Position numbers and translations under genes: made by a program. The notes under the pieces were generated by a model. It saw only the letters and a program-made list of their open reading frames with translations. It did not search any database and had not been told where the DNA came from. A stretch of DNA of 64,000 nt, from contig JBEIPA010000005.1 of NCBI GenBank assembly GCA_040377305.1, forward strand, positions 170,685 through 234,684, written 5' to 3'. Shown here one piece after another: positions 1-9,966 of the stretch. Source of the stretch: Flavobacteriales bacterium (GTDB lineage Bacteria; Bacteroidota; Bacteroidia; Palsa-965). Within the stretch, counting starts at the first letter, position 1. Every line of letters starts with the position of its first letter.

Positions 1-1
1 A

Positions 2-571
2 GTGCATCGTGAAATTATCTGGGCGAACCGCGTTTCATTCGCAACGTCATTCGGTCGCGAAAAACTGGTTTACTACATGGGTGCGGTCGACAATTGGCTC
101 ATGCCGAAGTTCGATCCGTCTGTTCAGGTTTCTCAGACCCAGAACTACACGTATCAGACACTCGCAACACCTATGCGTGGTTTCTGGCAGAACATCCGTA
201 ACGGAAATAGTTTCGCGATGATCAACAGTGAACTTCGTGTTCCATTGTTCCGCTACTTGTTTAACCGTCCGTTGCGTTCTGACTTCATCAACAACTTCCA
301 GGTAATCGGATTCGGTGATATCGGAACAGCTTGGACCGGAAAGAGTCCTTATGATCCGAGCAATTCACTCAATACGCAAGTAATTGGTGCTCCCGGAAAT
401 CCTATCACCGTAATTCTTAACTCGCACAAAGAACCAATCGTTGGCGGTTATGGAATCGGATTACGCACGCGCCTCTGGGGATATTTCATTCGACTTGATT
501 GGGGATGGGGTGTTGAGAACGGAATTGTTCAACCACGTGTTACTTACCTCTCATTCAGCTACGACTTCTAG
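2..571 (+). CDS. C-terminal part of an outer-membrane beta-barrel protein (Omp85/BamA-like surface-antigen domain); 5' truncated by window edge
   Basis: Open frame from window start; ELRVPLF, GFGDIGTAW and GYGIGLR..IRLDWGWG motifs; terminal Phe (FSYDF). Confidence 0.7.
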   Translation: MHREIIWANRVSFATSFGREKLVYYMGAVDNWLMPKFDPSVQVSQTQNYTYQTLATPMRGFWQNIRNGNSFAMINSELRVPLFRYLFNRPLRSDFINNFQVIGFGDIGTAWTGKSPYDPSNSLNTQVIGAPGNPITVILNSHKEPIVGGYGIGLRTRLWGYFIRLDWGWGVENGIVQPRVTYLSFSYDF

Positions 572-577
572 AACTGT

Positions 578-1795
578 ATGGAGGAAGACAAATCCCTGCT
601 GAATGCAGTTCAGGAAGCTGCAAAGAATTTACTTCCGAGAGTAATCAACATCCGCAGACATTTACATGCGAATCCTGAATTGTCGTTCAAAGAATTCAAG
701 ACCGCGGAATTTGTCACCGATGAATTAGAAGCGATGGGGATTTCCTGCGAGCGCATGAGCTCAACCGGAGTCGTTGCATTGATACACGGATCGAAGGGAG
801 AAGGAACCACGATTGCACTGCGAGCAGATCTTGATGCATTGCCAATCACCGAAAAGAATTCCACCGAATACGTTTCGAAGAACGAAGGCGTGATGCATGC
901 ATGCGGACATGATGTTCACGCGGCATCATTACTTGGTGCGGCACAAATCCTGAATGGGATGCGTGAACATTTCGCCGGAACGATCAAACTGATTTTTCAA
1001 CCGGGAGAAGAAGTGCTTCCTGGTGGTGCGTCCATTATGATCAAAGACGGCGTGCTTGAAAATCCGGGGCCGGAATCTATTTTCGCGCAACACGTCTTCC
1101 CTTCTCTGCCAGCGGGCAAAGTTGGTTTCCGCAGCGGCATGTACATGGCATCGACCGATGAACTGCATGTGACTGTTTACGGAAAAGGTGGTCACGCGGC
1201 GATGGTGAATGAGTACGTGAATCCGATTCTGATTGCCTCTACGATCGTTGCTGCACTTCATGCATTTATCATGGACAAGCAAACACGTTTGGGTTCTGCC
1301 AATGAAACGCCGACTGTACTTGCATTCGGAAAAATAGAAGGTAAAGGCGCAACCAATGTGATTCCGGAAACCGTTTCTATGGAAGGAACATTCCGCACCA
1401 TGAATGAAGAGTGGAGAGAGAAAGCACACGAGTTCATGATTCGCACGTCGGAAGGCATCGCGAAAGAAATGGGCGGTCGTTGTGAATTCAGAGTTGTACG
1501 CGGTTATCCGGTTTTGTTCAACGATGCAGAAATTACAGAGCGCGCACGTTGGGCTGCTGAAGAATATCTCGGCAATCACAACGTAGTGGATCTTGAAATG
1601 CGAATGACGGCAGAAGATTTTGCATTCTACTCCCAGAAAATTCCGGCATGTTTCTACCGATTAGGAACAGCTTCTACTGATGGCAAATTCACAGCAGGTG
1701 TTCACTCGCCTGTTTTCGACATCGACGAGAAAGCTTTGCAAACCGGAGCCGGATTGCTTGCATGGATTGCACTCAACGAACTTCGTAACCAGTGA
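578..1795 (+). CDS. M20D family amidohydrolase/metallopeptidase
   Basis: RRHLHANPELSF, LRADLDALP, MHACGHD, FQPGEE and AEDF motifs. Confidence 0.93.
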   Translation: MEEDKSLLNAVQEAAKNLLPRVINIRRHLHANPELSFKEFKTAEFVTDELEAMGISCERMSSTGVVALIHGSKGEGTTIALRADLDALPITEKNSTEYVSKNEGVMHACGHDVHAASLLGAAQILNGMREHFAGTIKLIFQPGEEVLPGGASIMIKDGVLENPGPESIFAQHVFPSLPAGKVGFRSGMYMASTDELHVTVYGKGGHAAMVNEYVNPILIASTIVAALHAFIMDKQTRLGSANETPTVLAFGKIEGKGATNVIPETVSMEGTFRTMNEEWREKAHEFMIRTSEGIAKEMGGRCEFRVVRGYPVLFNDAEITERARWAAEEYLGNHNVVDLEMRMTAEDFAFYSQKIPACFYRLGTASTDGKFTAGVHSPVFDIDEKALQTGAGLLAWIALNELRNQ

Positions 1796-3201
1796 GAAAG
1801 TTTGCGCTGACTGCATCAATTCTTGTTGCGGCAGTTGTGCAGCTGTTGTTCACTTCCTGTGGCAATGATCTTCCAATTGATTCTCCCGAAGACAGTATAC
1901 CTCTTCCTTTTCCACAATATACTTTCGAGCTAAGAGATTCCACATTCAGAAACGGCTGTTTTTTGGTTTCGCTTTTCGGAACGCAGAAAGAAGCCGACAA
2001 GCACAAGTGCTCCATTTTCATTCTCGATGCAAGTGGTGCAACAGTGTGGTGCAAACCCAATACAGATTGGTCCAACTTTCAGATTCACGAAGAAGGTTGG
2101 TATTCGTATTATCGCGAGGGAAAATACTACATACTCGATTCAAAATTCCAGCTAACAGATTCGGTCTGGTGCGTGAATGGTGCGCAAACAGATGCCCACG
2201 AATTGATCTGGGAATACGAAACGCATCACTACATTCTCATTGGAACACGCACAGATACGGTTGATGCGTCCGGAATGGGACGGCCAAATGGTTCATCGTG
2301 GCGGGGCGCAAAGAAATGTGCGGTCAAATACGGTGTCATTCAGGAACTCGACGAAGAGAATAATCTCGTGTGGGAATGGAACTCAAAAGGTCATTTTCTC
2401 AGTGAAAACATGGATCGTGCCTTTCTGCAGGATTCGTTCAAACTAGACATGCCGCACTTTAATTCCATAGATATTGATTCTGCCGGCAACTTTTTGATTT
2501 CAGCGCGTTATACCCATGAAGTGATCTACCTGAACCGACAAACTGATTCCATTGAATGGAGACTGGGAGGCAATCTTTCCGATTTCACATTCGTGAATGA
2601 TTCACTCCCGTTTTTGGGTCAGCACCAGGCGCGTTGGCTCACCGGCGGAAGTATTCTGTTGTACGATAACGGCTACAGCCATCCGGGCAACACACACAAT
2701 TCGCGCAGCATAGAATACAAATTGGACATGGCAGCAAAAACTGCAACACGTGTCTGGTCGTGGAGCTACCCGAAAGACCTCATTGCAGAATCGACTGGAG
2801 GAACACAAAGATTAAATGATGGTCGTACGCTAGTGAGTTTCGGAAAGCTTGTAGATAGAAAACCGAATGTGTTGTTTGCTGTCGTTGACGCAGAAGGCTC
2901 TATAGATGTTGAATGTTCGTTCAATGATACGCTGGGAACCTACCGCACTTATTTTACCGAACAGATGATTGTAGGCCCGGATATGCCCAACGTAAATCTC
3001 TACATACAGAACGGAGAATATTGGCTGGCGACTTCCGATCATTCGGTGGTGTTGTGGTCGAACGGAATTGTTGGGAATGGAATTCGTGTTTACAAGCCTG
3101 GCGTCTATCAGTGCTTCCGGAAGAATGCGGATGGATCGTATACGGGAACTTTTGCAATTCCGGTTACTCAGGCAGAGTTGGACGGGTTAATGTTACAGTA
3201 A
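1792..3201 (+). CDS. Aryl-sulfate sulfotransferase (ASST)-like lipoprotein
   Basis: Lipobox FTSC; DAHE, HFNSID, ISAR, WRLGG, GQHQAR and YDNG motifs; GTG start overlaps upstream stop. Confidence 0.8.
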   Translation: MRKFALTASILVAAVVQLLFTSCGNDLPIDSPEDSIPLPFPQYTFELRDSTFRNGCFLVSLFGTQKEADKHKCSIFILDASGATVWCKPNTDWSNFQIHEEGWYSYYREGKYYILDSKFQLTDSVWCVNGAQTDAHELIWEYETHHYILIGTRTDTVDASGMGRPNGSSWRGAKKCAVKYGVIQELDEENNLVWEWNSKGHFLSENMDRAFLQDSFKLDMPHFNSIDIDSAGNFLISARYTHEVIYLNRQTDSIEWRLGGNLSDFTFVNDSLPFLGQHQARWLTGGSILLYDNGYSHPGNTHNSRSIEYKLDMAAKTATRVWSWSYPKDLIAESTGGTQRLNDGRTLVSFGKLVDRKPNVLFAVVDAEGSIDVECSFNDTLGTYRTYFTEQMIVGPDMPNVNLYIQNGEYWLATSDHSVVLWSNGIVGNGIRVYKPGVYQCFRKNADGSYTGTFAIPVTQAELDGLMLQ

Positions 3202-3217
3202 CCGTTAACTTCGCACC

Positions 3218-3883
3218 ATGAAATTCACCGGCAACGTCATCCCCTCTACGCTCTCCACTTCCGAACAGGAAATGCTGGACAAGGGAATTGCTTTGCCCTT
3301 GATGGAAGAGTTCTATACGATTCAGGGAGAAGGATTTCATACGGGAAAACCAGCCTACTTCATTCGCGTAGGCGGTTGCGATGTAGGTTGTCACTGGTGT
3401 GATGTGAAAGAGAGCTGGGATGCAAATCTTCATCCGCTAACGAAAGCCGACCAGATTGTAGCGAATGCCTTGCAACATCCTGCCCGTGCGGTCGTTGTTA
3501 CCGGAGGAGAACCTTCTGCGTTTCAGATGGATTATCTGACCAAAAAGCTCAAGGAAAACGGTGTGCAAACGTACATTGAGACCTCGGGAAGCTATCCGTT
3601 AACCGGAAACTGGGACTGGATTTGCCTATCACCGAAAAAAACATTGCCACCGAAGACTGAAAACTACAGTAAGGCACACGAATTGAAAGTAATCATTCAC
3701 AATAAAGATGATTTCCGCTGGGCGGAGGAACAGGCTGCACTCGTTAACAAAGATTGTATGCTTTTTCTTCAACCGGAGTGGAGTAAATCAAACGAAATGA
3801 TGCCGTTGATCGTTGATTATGTGATGGCGAATCCACGGTGGAATGTTTCGTTGCAAACGCATAAGTACATGCACATCCCATAA
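3218..3883 (+). CDS. queE: 7-carboxy-7-deazaguanine synthase (radical SAM)
   Basis: EEFYTIQGEG, CDVGCHWC (CxxxCxxC), TGGEP, ETSG and SLQTHKY motifs. Confidence 0.92.
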   Translation: MKFTGNVIPSTLSTSEQEMLDKGIALPLMEEFYTIQGEGFHTGKPAYFIRVGGCDVGCHWCDVKESWDANLHPLTKADQIVANALQHPARAVVVTGGEPSAFQMDYLTKKLKENGVQTYIETSGSYPLTGNWDWICLSPKKTLPPKTENYSKAHELKVIIHNKDDFRWAEEQAALVNKDCMLFLQPEWSKSNEMMPLIVDYVMANPRWNVSLQTHKYMHIP

Positions 3884-3952
3884 CAATGCGCAGTGCGCAA
3901 GTACCAGTGCGCAATACGCAGTTACGGAATGTTCATTTAAGAAATTTAGACT

Positions 3953-5914
3953 ATGAAAAACACGATTCTCGTTCTGCTACTACTGTTTGGTCTTGTTTCC
4001 TGCAAGGCACAGACTCCGTTAACAACGAAAAGCAAGAAGGCTGAGAAAGCATACAACCTTGCGATTCAGTACATGGACTTGTTCCAGTGGGACAAAGCGC
4101 TTGTGGAGTTGCAGAAAGCAAAAGAGGCCGATCCGAATTTCGTTGAAGCGTATACGTTGCAGGCGAATCTTCATTTGCAATTGCGTGAGTGGGATAAAGC
4201 AGAAGTGGAATTTGAAAAAGCATTTGCGATTAATCCAACATTCTTCCCGGGATCGTTTTACGATTGTGCGAATGCAGAAATGAAGCAGGGAAAATACGCC
4301 GAAGCAAAAGCACATTTCGAAGAGTTCAAGAAAACACGTCGTTCGAGTACACCACAGCGGTTGGTTGATGATACGGAAAGGCAAATCGCGAATTGTGATT
4401 TTGCGATTAAAGCAATTGCGAATCCAGTTCCGTTCAAGCCAATGAATATGGGTATTGGAATCAACTCAAAAGATTGCGAGTACTTTCCGAATGTCACTGC
4501 AGACGATAACACATTTCTCTTCACACGAAATGCATTGACGAAGAATCCGAACGGCGTGGGTCAGCGCGACCAGGAAGATTTTTACATCTCCTACAAAGGT
4601 GACGACGGCGCGTGGAGTACAGCTGCGCCCTTGAGCAGCATCAACACTCCAACGAATGAAGGTGCGCCTTCGCTTTCTGCGGATGGACGTTATTTATATT
4701 TCGCAGCCTGCGAAGAAATGGATGGTTACGGCGGAGGCAGAATGGGTTACGGAAGTTGCGATATTTTCTTCACGCAAAAAGTGAATGGTCAGTGGACACG
4801 CGCGGTGAATGTCGGCACACCCGTAAATACTGCTGCATGGGAAACACAACCTTCTTTCTCTTCGGATGGAAGAACGTTGTATTACATCAGCAATCGCAGA
4901 GATGGATTAGGAAGCAGTGATATCTGGATGTGTATGCTGAACGATTCGGGGAAATGGGGCAAACCTGTGAACCTCGGAAAAGACATCAACACAACCGGAA
5001 AAGAGGAAGCCGTATTTATTCACCCGGATAATCAGACCTTGTATTTCGCTTCTGATGGTCACACCGGAATGGGCGGATTGGATTTGTACATCTGTCGCCG
5101 CGATTCACTGGGCAATTGGGGCAAACCAGTTAACCTCGGTTATCCGATCAACACGTTTGCAGATGAAAGCGGATTGATTGTAAACGGTGCTGGTAATCTC
5201 GCTTACTTCTCCAGTACACGCGACGGCACAACAGGGTGCGATGACATTTACTACTTCGAAATTCCAGTGCCACTCCAACCTGTTGCGGTGACGTACATGA
5301 AAGGAAAAGTGTACGACATCAAAACGAAAGCTCCGCTGGGTGCATCCTTCGATCTGATTGATCTCGCAACTGGAAAAACGATCATATCATCCATGTCTGA
5401 TCCGGTTACAGGAGAATTTCTCGTGTGTATTCCACAGAACAAAAACTACGCATTGAATGTGAATCGCGGTGGATACATGCCGTATTCCGAATCATTCTGG
5501 ATGATGGAATCAACTAATCCAGGTCAGCCTTACTACATGGACGTTCCATTGACGCCGGTAGCCATTGACGCACCTACTGTGCTGAAGAACGTGTATTTCG
5601 ACATCGACAAATGGGATCTGAAACCAACTTCCACTGCCGAACTTGATCGTATGGTGAAGTGGCTCAAAGCGAATCCGAATATCAAAGGCGAAATTGGCGG
5701 TCACACGGATAACACCGGCGACAAGAAACACAACCAGGAACTTTCTCAGAAGCGCGCGAAGTCGGTGTACGATTATCTCGTAGCTCATGGCATTGACGCA
5801 ACACGTCTCACGTACAAAGGGTATGGAGATGCCGTGCCGCTTTATGCGAATGACACGCCGGAGCACAAGCAGATGAACAGGCGCACGGAGTTCAAGATTA
5901 CGAGTGTGAAGTAG
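3953..5914 (+). CDS. OmpA-family lipoprotein with TPR + PD40 propeller + carboxypeptidase-regulatory-like + OmpA_C domains (PorE-like architecture)
   Basis: Lipobox LVSC, TPR helices, repeated NLG.PINT...P..S.DG..LYF.S units, GHTD...LSQKRA...NRRTEF. Confidence 0.88.
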   Translation: MKNTILVLLLLFGLVSCKAQTPLTTKSKKAEKAYNLAIQYMDLFQWDKALVELQKAKEADPNFVEAYTLQANLHLQLREWDKAEVEFEKAFAINPTFFPGSFYDCANAEMKQGKYAEAKAHFEEFKKTRRSSTPQRLVDDTERQIANCDFAIKAIANPVPFKPMNMGIGINSKDCEYFPNVTADDNTFLFTRNALTKNPNGVGQRDQEDFYISYKGDDGAWSTAAPLSSINTPTNEGAPSLSADGRYLYFAACEEMDGYGGGRMGYGSCDIFFTQKVNGQWTRAVNVGTPVNTAAWETQPSFSSDGRTLYYISNRRDGLGSSDIWMCMLNDSGKWGKPVNLGKDINTTGKEEAVFIHPDNQTLYFASDGHTGMGGLDLYICRRDSLGNWGKPVNLGYPINTFADESGLIVNGAGNLAYFSSTRDGTTGCDDIYYFEIPVPLQPVAVTYMKGKVYDIKTKAPLGASFDLIDLATGKTIISSMSDPVTGEFLVCIPQNKNYALNVNRGGYMPYSESFWMMESTNPGQPYYMDVPLTPVAIDAPTVLKNVYFDIDKWDLKPTSTAELDRMVKWLKANPNIKGEIGGHTDNTGDKKHNQELSQKRAKSVYDYLVAHGIDATRLTYKGYGDAVPLYANDTPEHKQMNRRTEFKITSVK

Positions 5915-6070
5915 TTGTATTGACCCTACAGGGCAAGGGGGTTTTCTTCAGAGGTTTTTTATGCATGTTTGGCTTCTATGAAGCCATGAATATATCACAG
6001 GTCCTGTAGGGACCAAACATGCATAAAAAACGTAACCCGCACGCCCCCTTGCCCTGTAGGGGCAAAACAA
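5915..6070. repeat. REP-doublet-like fold-back element
   Basis: 27-bp terminal IR (5915-5941 / 6044-6070, 25/27 match) and inner perfect 19-bp IR (5954-5972 / 6013-6031); repeated CCTGTAGGG cores. Confidence 0.8.
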
Positions 6071-6089
6071 ATCAGAGTATATTAGTGTA

Positions 6090-6860
6090 ATGTCCGTCTG
6101 GTCTAACGTTCGAGCTTATCTCCGTCACCGCCGAAATGCAGTGACCAAGCACGGTGTACACTCGCCATTTGTGTTTGATCTGGTGACGAAAACATTTCCG
6201 AACGACGAAACCGATTTCACCACTTTCCCTGCAGAAAAATGGCGTGAAGAATGCCTGGCGAATCACAACACGATTGAGGTTCGTGATTTCGGCACTGGAA
6301 AATCCGGTCCGCGAAAAATAGCTGCAATTGCCCGTCGCGCGGCGAAGTCCCCGAAAGAAGGACGGTTACTGTATCGTGTTACAAAACGTTTCCAGCCGAA
6401 AACCATTCTTGAACTTGGAACGTCAATTGGCATTTCAGCGATGTATATGCGCGCGGGAACATCTGATGCAAAAATTGTGACCATTGAAGGTTGTCCGGAA
6501 ACGGCACGAGTTGCGCGGGAAGGAATGAATAAGCACGGTATTGCCGCTGATGTTCGTGTTGGGGACTTCTCTTCTACGCTATCCGGAGTACTCGAAGAAC
6601 TGAAGTCGATTGATTTAGTTTACATCGATGGCAATCACCGCCGTCAACCAACGCTTGATTACTTCCATGCAATCCGCAAGTATTCGCACAACGAAACCGT
6701 TTTCATTTTCGACGATATTCATTGGTCAGTCGAAATGGAAGAAGCGTGGAAGGAAATTATTGCGGATAAAGATGTGCATGTGAGTTTGGATGTTTTTCAT
6801 TTTGGACTGGTGTTCTTTAGATCTCAGCAGGTGAAGGAGCATTTTGTGTTGCGTTGGTAA
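6090..6860 (+). CDS. Class I SAM-dependent (O-)methyltransferase
   Basis: HGVHSPFV, ILELGTSIG, YIDGNH and DDIHWS motifs. Confidence 0.88.
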   Translation: MSVWSNVRAYLRHRRNAVTKHGVHSPFVFDLVTKTFPNDETDFTTFPAEKWREECLANHNTIEVRDFGTGKSGPRKIAAIARRAAKSPKEGRLLYRVTKRFQPKTILELGTSIGISAMYMRAGTSDAKIVTIEGCPETARVAREGMNKHGIAADVRVGDFSSTLSGVLEELKSIDLVYIDGNHRRQPTLDYFHAIRKYSHNETVFIFDDIHWSVEMEEAWKEIIADKDVHVSLDVFHFGLVFFRSQQVKEHFVLRW

Positions 6861-6869
6861 ATTCTCGGC

Positions 6870-7042
6870 TGCCTGCGGCGCTCTACACGGCGGCACAGCG
6901 TTACGGAGCGCTTTGTTTTCTATTCTAAGCCCACGAGAAACGGAGGATCGCTGAGCGATCCGTTTCCGCCCCGTGCCGCGTGGGTTTAGAATTAGCAATC
7001 CTTCTCCGTTTCGCTGTGCCGCCGTGTAAAGCGCCGCAGGCA
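6870..7042. repeat. Fold-back element with 39-bp terminal inverted repeats
   Basis: 6870-6908 vs 7004-7042 (36/39 complementary) with nested inner stems; related half copy at 15416-15455. Confidence 0.8.
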
Positions 7043-7047
7043 TTCAC

Positions 7048-7055
7048 TATCTTTG
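7048..7055 (+). promoter_or_regulatory. Bacteroidota -7 promoter element (TAnnTTTG)
   Basis: TATCTTTG ends 5 nt before the ATG at 7061. Confidence 0.6.
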
Positions 7056-7060
7056 GTGGG

Positions 7061-7786
7061 ATGTTAGAAACGATCATCAAGCTTGATCACATGCGCCGCG
7101 AATACCACGTTGGCAGCGAGCACATTCTTGCGCTTCGCGATGTATCACTTGAAATTTACAAGGGAGATTATGTGGCGATGATGGGCCCATCGGGTTCCGG
7201 AAAATCCACGCTAATGAATATGATCGGTTGTTTAGATACACCGACCAGCGGAGAATATATTCTCAACAAGAAATCGGTTGCGAATATGAGCGACAACGAA
7301 CTTGCTGAAGTGCGCAACAAAGACATTGGTTTCGTTTTTCAGACGTTCAATCTTTTGCCGCGACAAACCGCATTGGAGAATGTTATGCTCCCGTTGGTGT
7401 ACGCAGGTCTTTCTAAGGCTCAACGCATTGTCAAAGCAGAGTTTGCTCTTGAGCAGGTTGGATTGAAAGACCGGATGCATCATCGTCCGAATGAACTTTC
7501 AGGCGGACAACGTCAGCGTGTTGCGATTGCTCGCGCGCTTGTAAATAATCCTGCTATTATTCTCGCCGATGAACCAACCGGTAACCTCGATTCGAAAACA
7601 TCGGAGGAGATCATGGGCTTGTTCGAAGCAATTCATAAGGCAGGAAACACGATAATAGTAGTTACACACGAAGAAGATATTGCACAATATGCACACCGTA
7701 TTGTTCGATTACGCGACGGATTGGTAGAGCGTGATTATCCGAACGAGAACGTACGTCAGGTTGCAGTTCCCACTCTCCACGTGTAA
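7061..7786 (+). CDS. ABC transporter ATP-binding protein (LolD/MacB-like)
   Basis: Walker [17 protein letters not shown] signature, [11 protein letters not shown]; start moved to ATG 7061 because the upstream extension lies in a repeat. Confidence 0.93.
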   Translation: MLETIIKLDHMRREYHVGSEHILALRDVSLEIYKGDYVAMMGPSGSGKSTLMNMIGCLDTPTSGEYILNKKSVANMSDNELAEVRNKDIGFVFQTFNLLPRQTALENVMLPLVYAGLSKAQRIVKAEFALEQVGLKDRMHHRPNELSGGQRQRVAIARALVNNPAIILADEPTGNLDSKTSEEIMGLFEAIHKAGNTIIVVTHEEDIAQYAHRIVRLRDGLVERDYPNENVRQVAVPTLHV

Positions 7787-7824
7787 GTCTGACAAGCAAG
7801 TAATAGTCATTAAACCCATGAACT

Positions 7825-9942
7825 ATGCTGAGAATTCTAATTCCATTGTTGCTTGCATCCACGGCATTTGCACAAGCACCGTCATCTCTCCACATTCAAC
7901 TGGATCAAATCGGTTATCGTCCGAACGACCGAAAAGTTGCTGTAATTTCTGATCCGCAAGTTGGATACAACGCCAGCCTGTCTTATACGCCTTCTGGTAC
8001 GATGGAAGTTATTGACATGATGAGCAACGTCGTATTTACCGGACCTGTTGTTGCGTGGAATGGAGGCGCAACGCATTCACAATCGGGTGACAAATGTTGG
8101 TGGTTTGATTTTACGGCACTCACTACACCCGGAATGTATCGTTTGAAAGATCCGGTACTTGGAACGTTCTCACACAACTTTGAAATCAGAGCGGACATTT
8201 ACAACGAGGCTTTGATGCACGCACAACGTGTGTTTTACTATCAACGTTGTGGTACGGCGAAAACGGCAACTTGTGCCGGAGTAGCATATTCCGATTCTCC
8301 GTGTCACGTTGGAGCATTGCAGGACATGACTTGTCGTGCGGTTTCAAATCCGGTGCAGGCAACAGAACGCGACATGAGCGGTGGCTGGCATGATGCGGGC
8401 GACTACAACAAGTACACGAATTTCACTTATGTTCCGGTTCACTTTCTGTTAGATGCCTACGAACAAGCACCATCTGCATTCGGTGATGCGAATAATATTC
8501 CTGAAAGCGGGAACGGAACTCCCGACATTCTTGACGAAGTTAAATTCGAACTCGACTGGTTGCTGAAAATGCAAAACGCCGACGGATCAGCCATCATGAA
8601 AATTTCAACATTGGGTTTCAATGGAGGTTCTCCACCAAGTAGTGATGCTACACAACGTTATTACAGCGCTGCAGCTTCGTCAGCAACCAGAACGATTTGT
8701 AGTCAGTTCGCGCACGCTGCAATTGTATTTCGAAATCTAAGTGATCCCTTGATGCAGGATTATGGTGACACACTCCTTGTTCATGCAGAACTCGCATGGC
8801 AATGGTTGCAGGCGAATACTGCTTACTCGTATTACAACAACGAAACATTCTCGAGTGCAAATCCGGAAGTCGGAACTACTGAACAAGATGCGCGCAAGTT
8901 CGTTGCAGCGATTTATCTCTATGCCGCAACTTCGAATACAACGTATCGTTCGTATGTGGATGCGAACTACACCAGCATTCAGCCATTCGCGTGGACGTAC
9001 TGGTATCCGTTCGAACCCGTTGTGCAGGATGCCATGTTGTACTACACAACGACAGCCGGTGCAACGATGGGGACAGTCAACGCAATACGTCAGAGTTGTA
9101 TTAATTCCACAACGAGTAATAATCCTGATATGCTTCCTGCGTATACCGTTGAAACAGATGCGTACATGGCATACATGAAAAATCAGGATTACGTTTGGAA
9201 CAACAACGAGTTCAAGTGTGAAGCCGGGATTATTTTCGCGAACATGAATCGATACGCACTGGACGCACCGAATCAAACAAACTATCGGAATGCCGCTGCA
9301 GGATATTTGCATTACATACACGGCACCAATCCGAATGGATATTGTTATTTGTCCAGCAGCGATACATGCGGTGCGGATAGATTCGTCAATCAGATTTATC
9401 ACGGTTGGTTCGGAGATGGTACCATTTACGATGGAACGGCTCTTGGTCCACCGGCGTGTTATCTGACTTGCGGCGCGAACTACTTCTACAATCCCGATGC
9501 AGCATACACCGGTCCGGCAATTGAGCCACCGATGAATCAGCCGCATCAGAAGTGTTACAAAAACTGGAACACCTCGTGGCCGGAAAATTCCTGGGAAGTA
9601 ACTGAAGTAGGAATTTACACCGAAGCGGCTTACGTCAAGTTGTTGTCGATGTATGCAGATACGTTTACGATCATTACTTCAACAACTCCGGCTCCAGTTC
9701 CTACAGGCTGGTCGATATTCCCAAATCCGGCAACTGATCAATTGTACATTAGTGGTTCAATTAATGATGTAGTAGAATTCGTTATGGTTGATCTTGCCGG
9801 GAAAACAGTTTTGACACAAACTATTTATCCGGGTAATGGAAGTGTTTCGATTGCAACTTTACCGGCTGGTGTTTATCTTGGAATGGTAAGGAAGAGTGGT
9901 GAGGTAATTCACACGGAGAAAATATCAGTGATCAAAAATTAA
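7825..9942 (+). CDS. Glycoside hydrolase family 9 with N-terminal Ig-like domain and T9SS C-terminal domain
   Basis: Signal peptide, QIGYRPND, GGWHDAGDYNKY, NSWEVTEVGIY (candidate catalytic Glu), IFPNPA...GVY sorting domain. Confidence 0.88.
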   Translation: MLRILIPLLLASTAFAQAPSSLHIQLDQIGYRPNDRKVAVISDPQVGYNASLSYTPSGTMEVIDMMSNVVFTGPVVAWNGGATHSQSGDKCWWFDFTALTTPGMYRLKDPVLGTFSHNFEIRADIYNEALMHAQRVFYYQRCGTAKTATCAGVAYSDSPCHVGALQDMTCRAVSNPVQATERDMSGGWHDAGDYNKYTNFTYVPVHFLLDAYEQAPSAFGDANNIPESGNGTPDILDEVKFELDWLLKMQNADGSAIMKISTLGFNGGSPPSSDATQRYYSAAASSATRTICSQFAHAAIVFRNLSDPLMQDYGDTLLVHAELAWQWLQANTAYSYYNNETFSSANPEVGTTEQDARKFVAAIYLYAATSNTTYRSYVDANYTSIQPFAWTYWYPFEPVVQDAMLYYTTTAGATMGTVNAIRQSCINSTTSNNPDMLPAYTVETDAYMAYMKNQDYVWNNNEFKCEAGIIFANMNRYALDAPNQTNYRNAAAGYLHYIHGTNPNGYCYLSSSDTCGADRFVNQIYHGWFGDGTIYDGTALGPPACYLTCGANYFYNPDAAYTGPAIEPPMNQPHQKCYKNWNTSWPENSWEVTEVGIYTEAAYVKLLSMYADTFTIITSTTPAPVPTGWSIFPNPATDQLYISGSINDVVEFVMVDLAGKTVLTQTIYPGNGSVSIATLPAGVYLGMVRKSGEVIHTEKISVIKN

Positions 9943-9966
9943 TCTGCGAATTCGCGGCATACAACT

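Noticed and set aside
3218-3883. queE as part of a 7-deazaguanine DNA-modification (dpd) system
   Set aside because: No dpdA or other dpd/que genes nearby; housekeeping context
6980-7060. N-terminal extension of the ABC ATPase in the ORF track
   Set aside because: It lies in the fold-back repeat and upstream of the promoter box
8737-9546. 269-aa antisense ORF (and similar ones inside secA, moxR, prfC and the PNGase-like gene)
   Set aside because: Shadow frames of well-supported genes with no recognisable motifs
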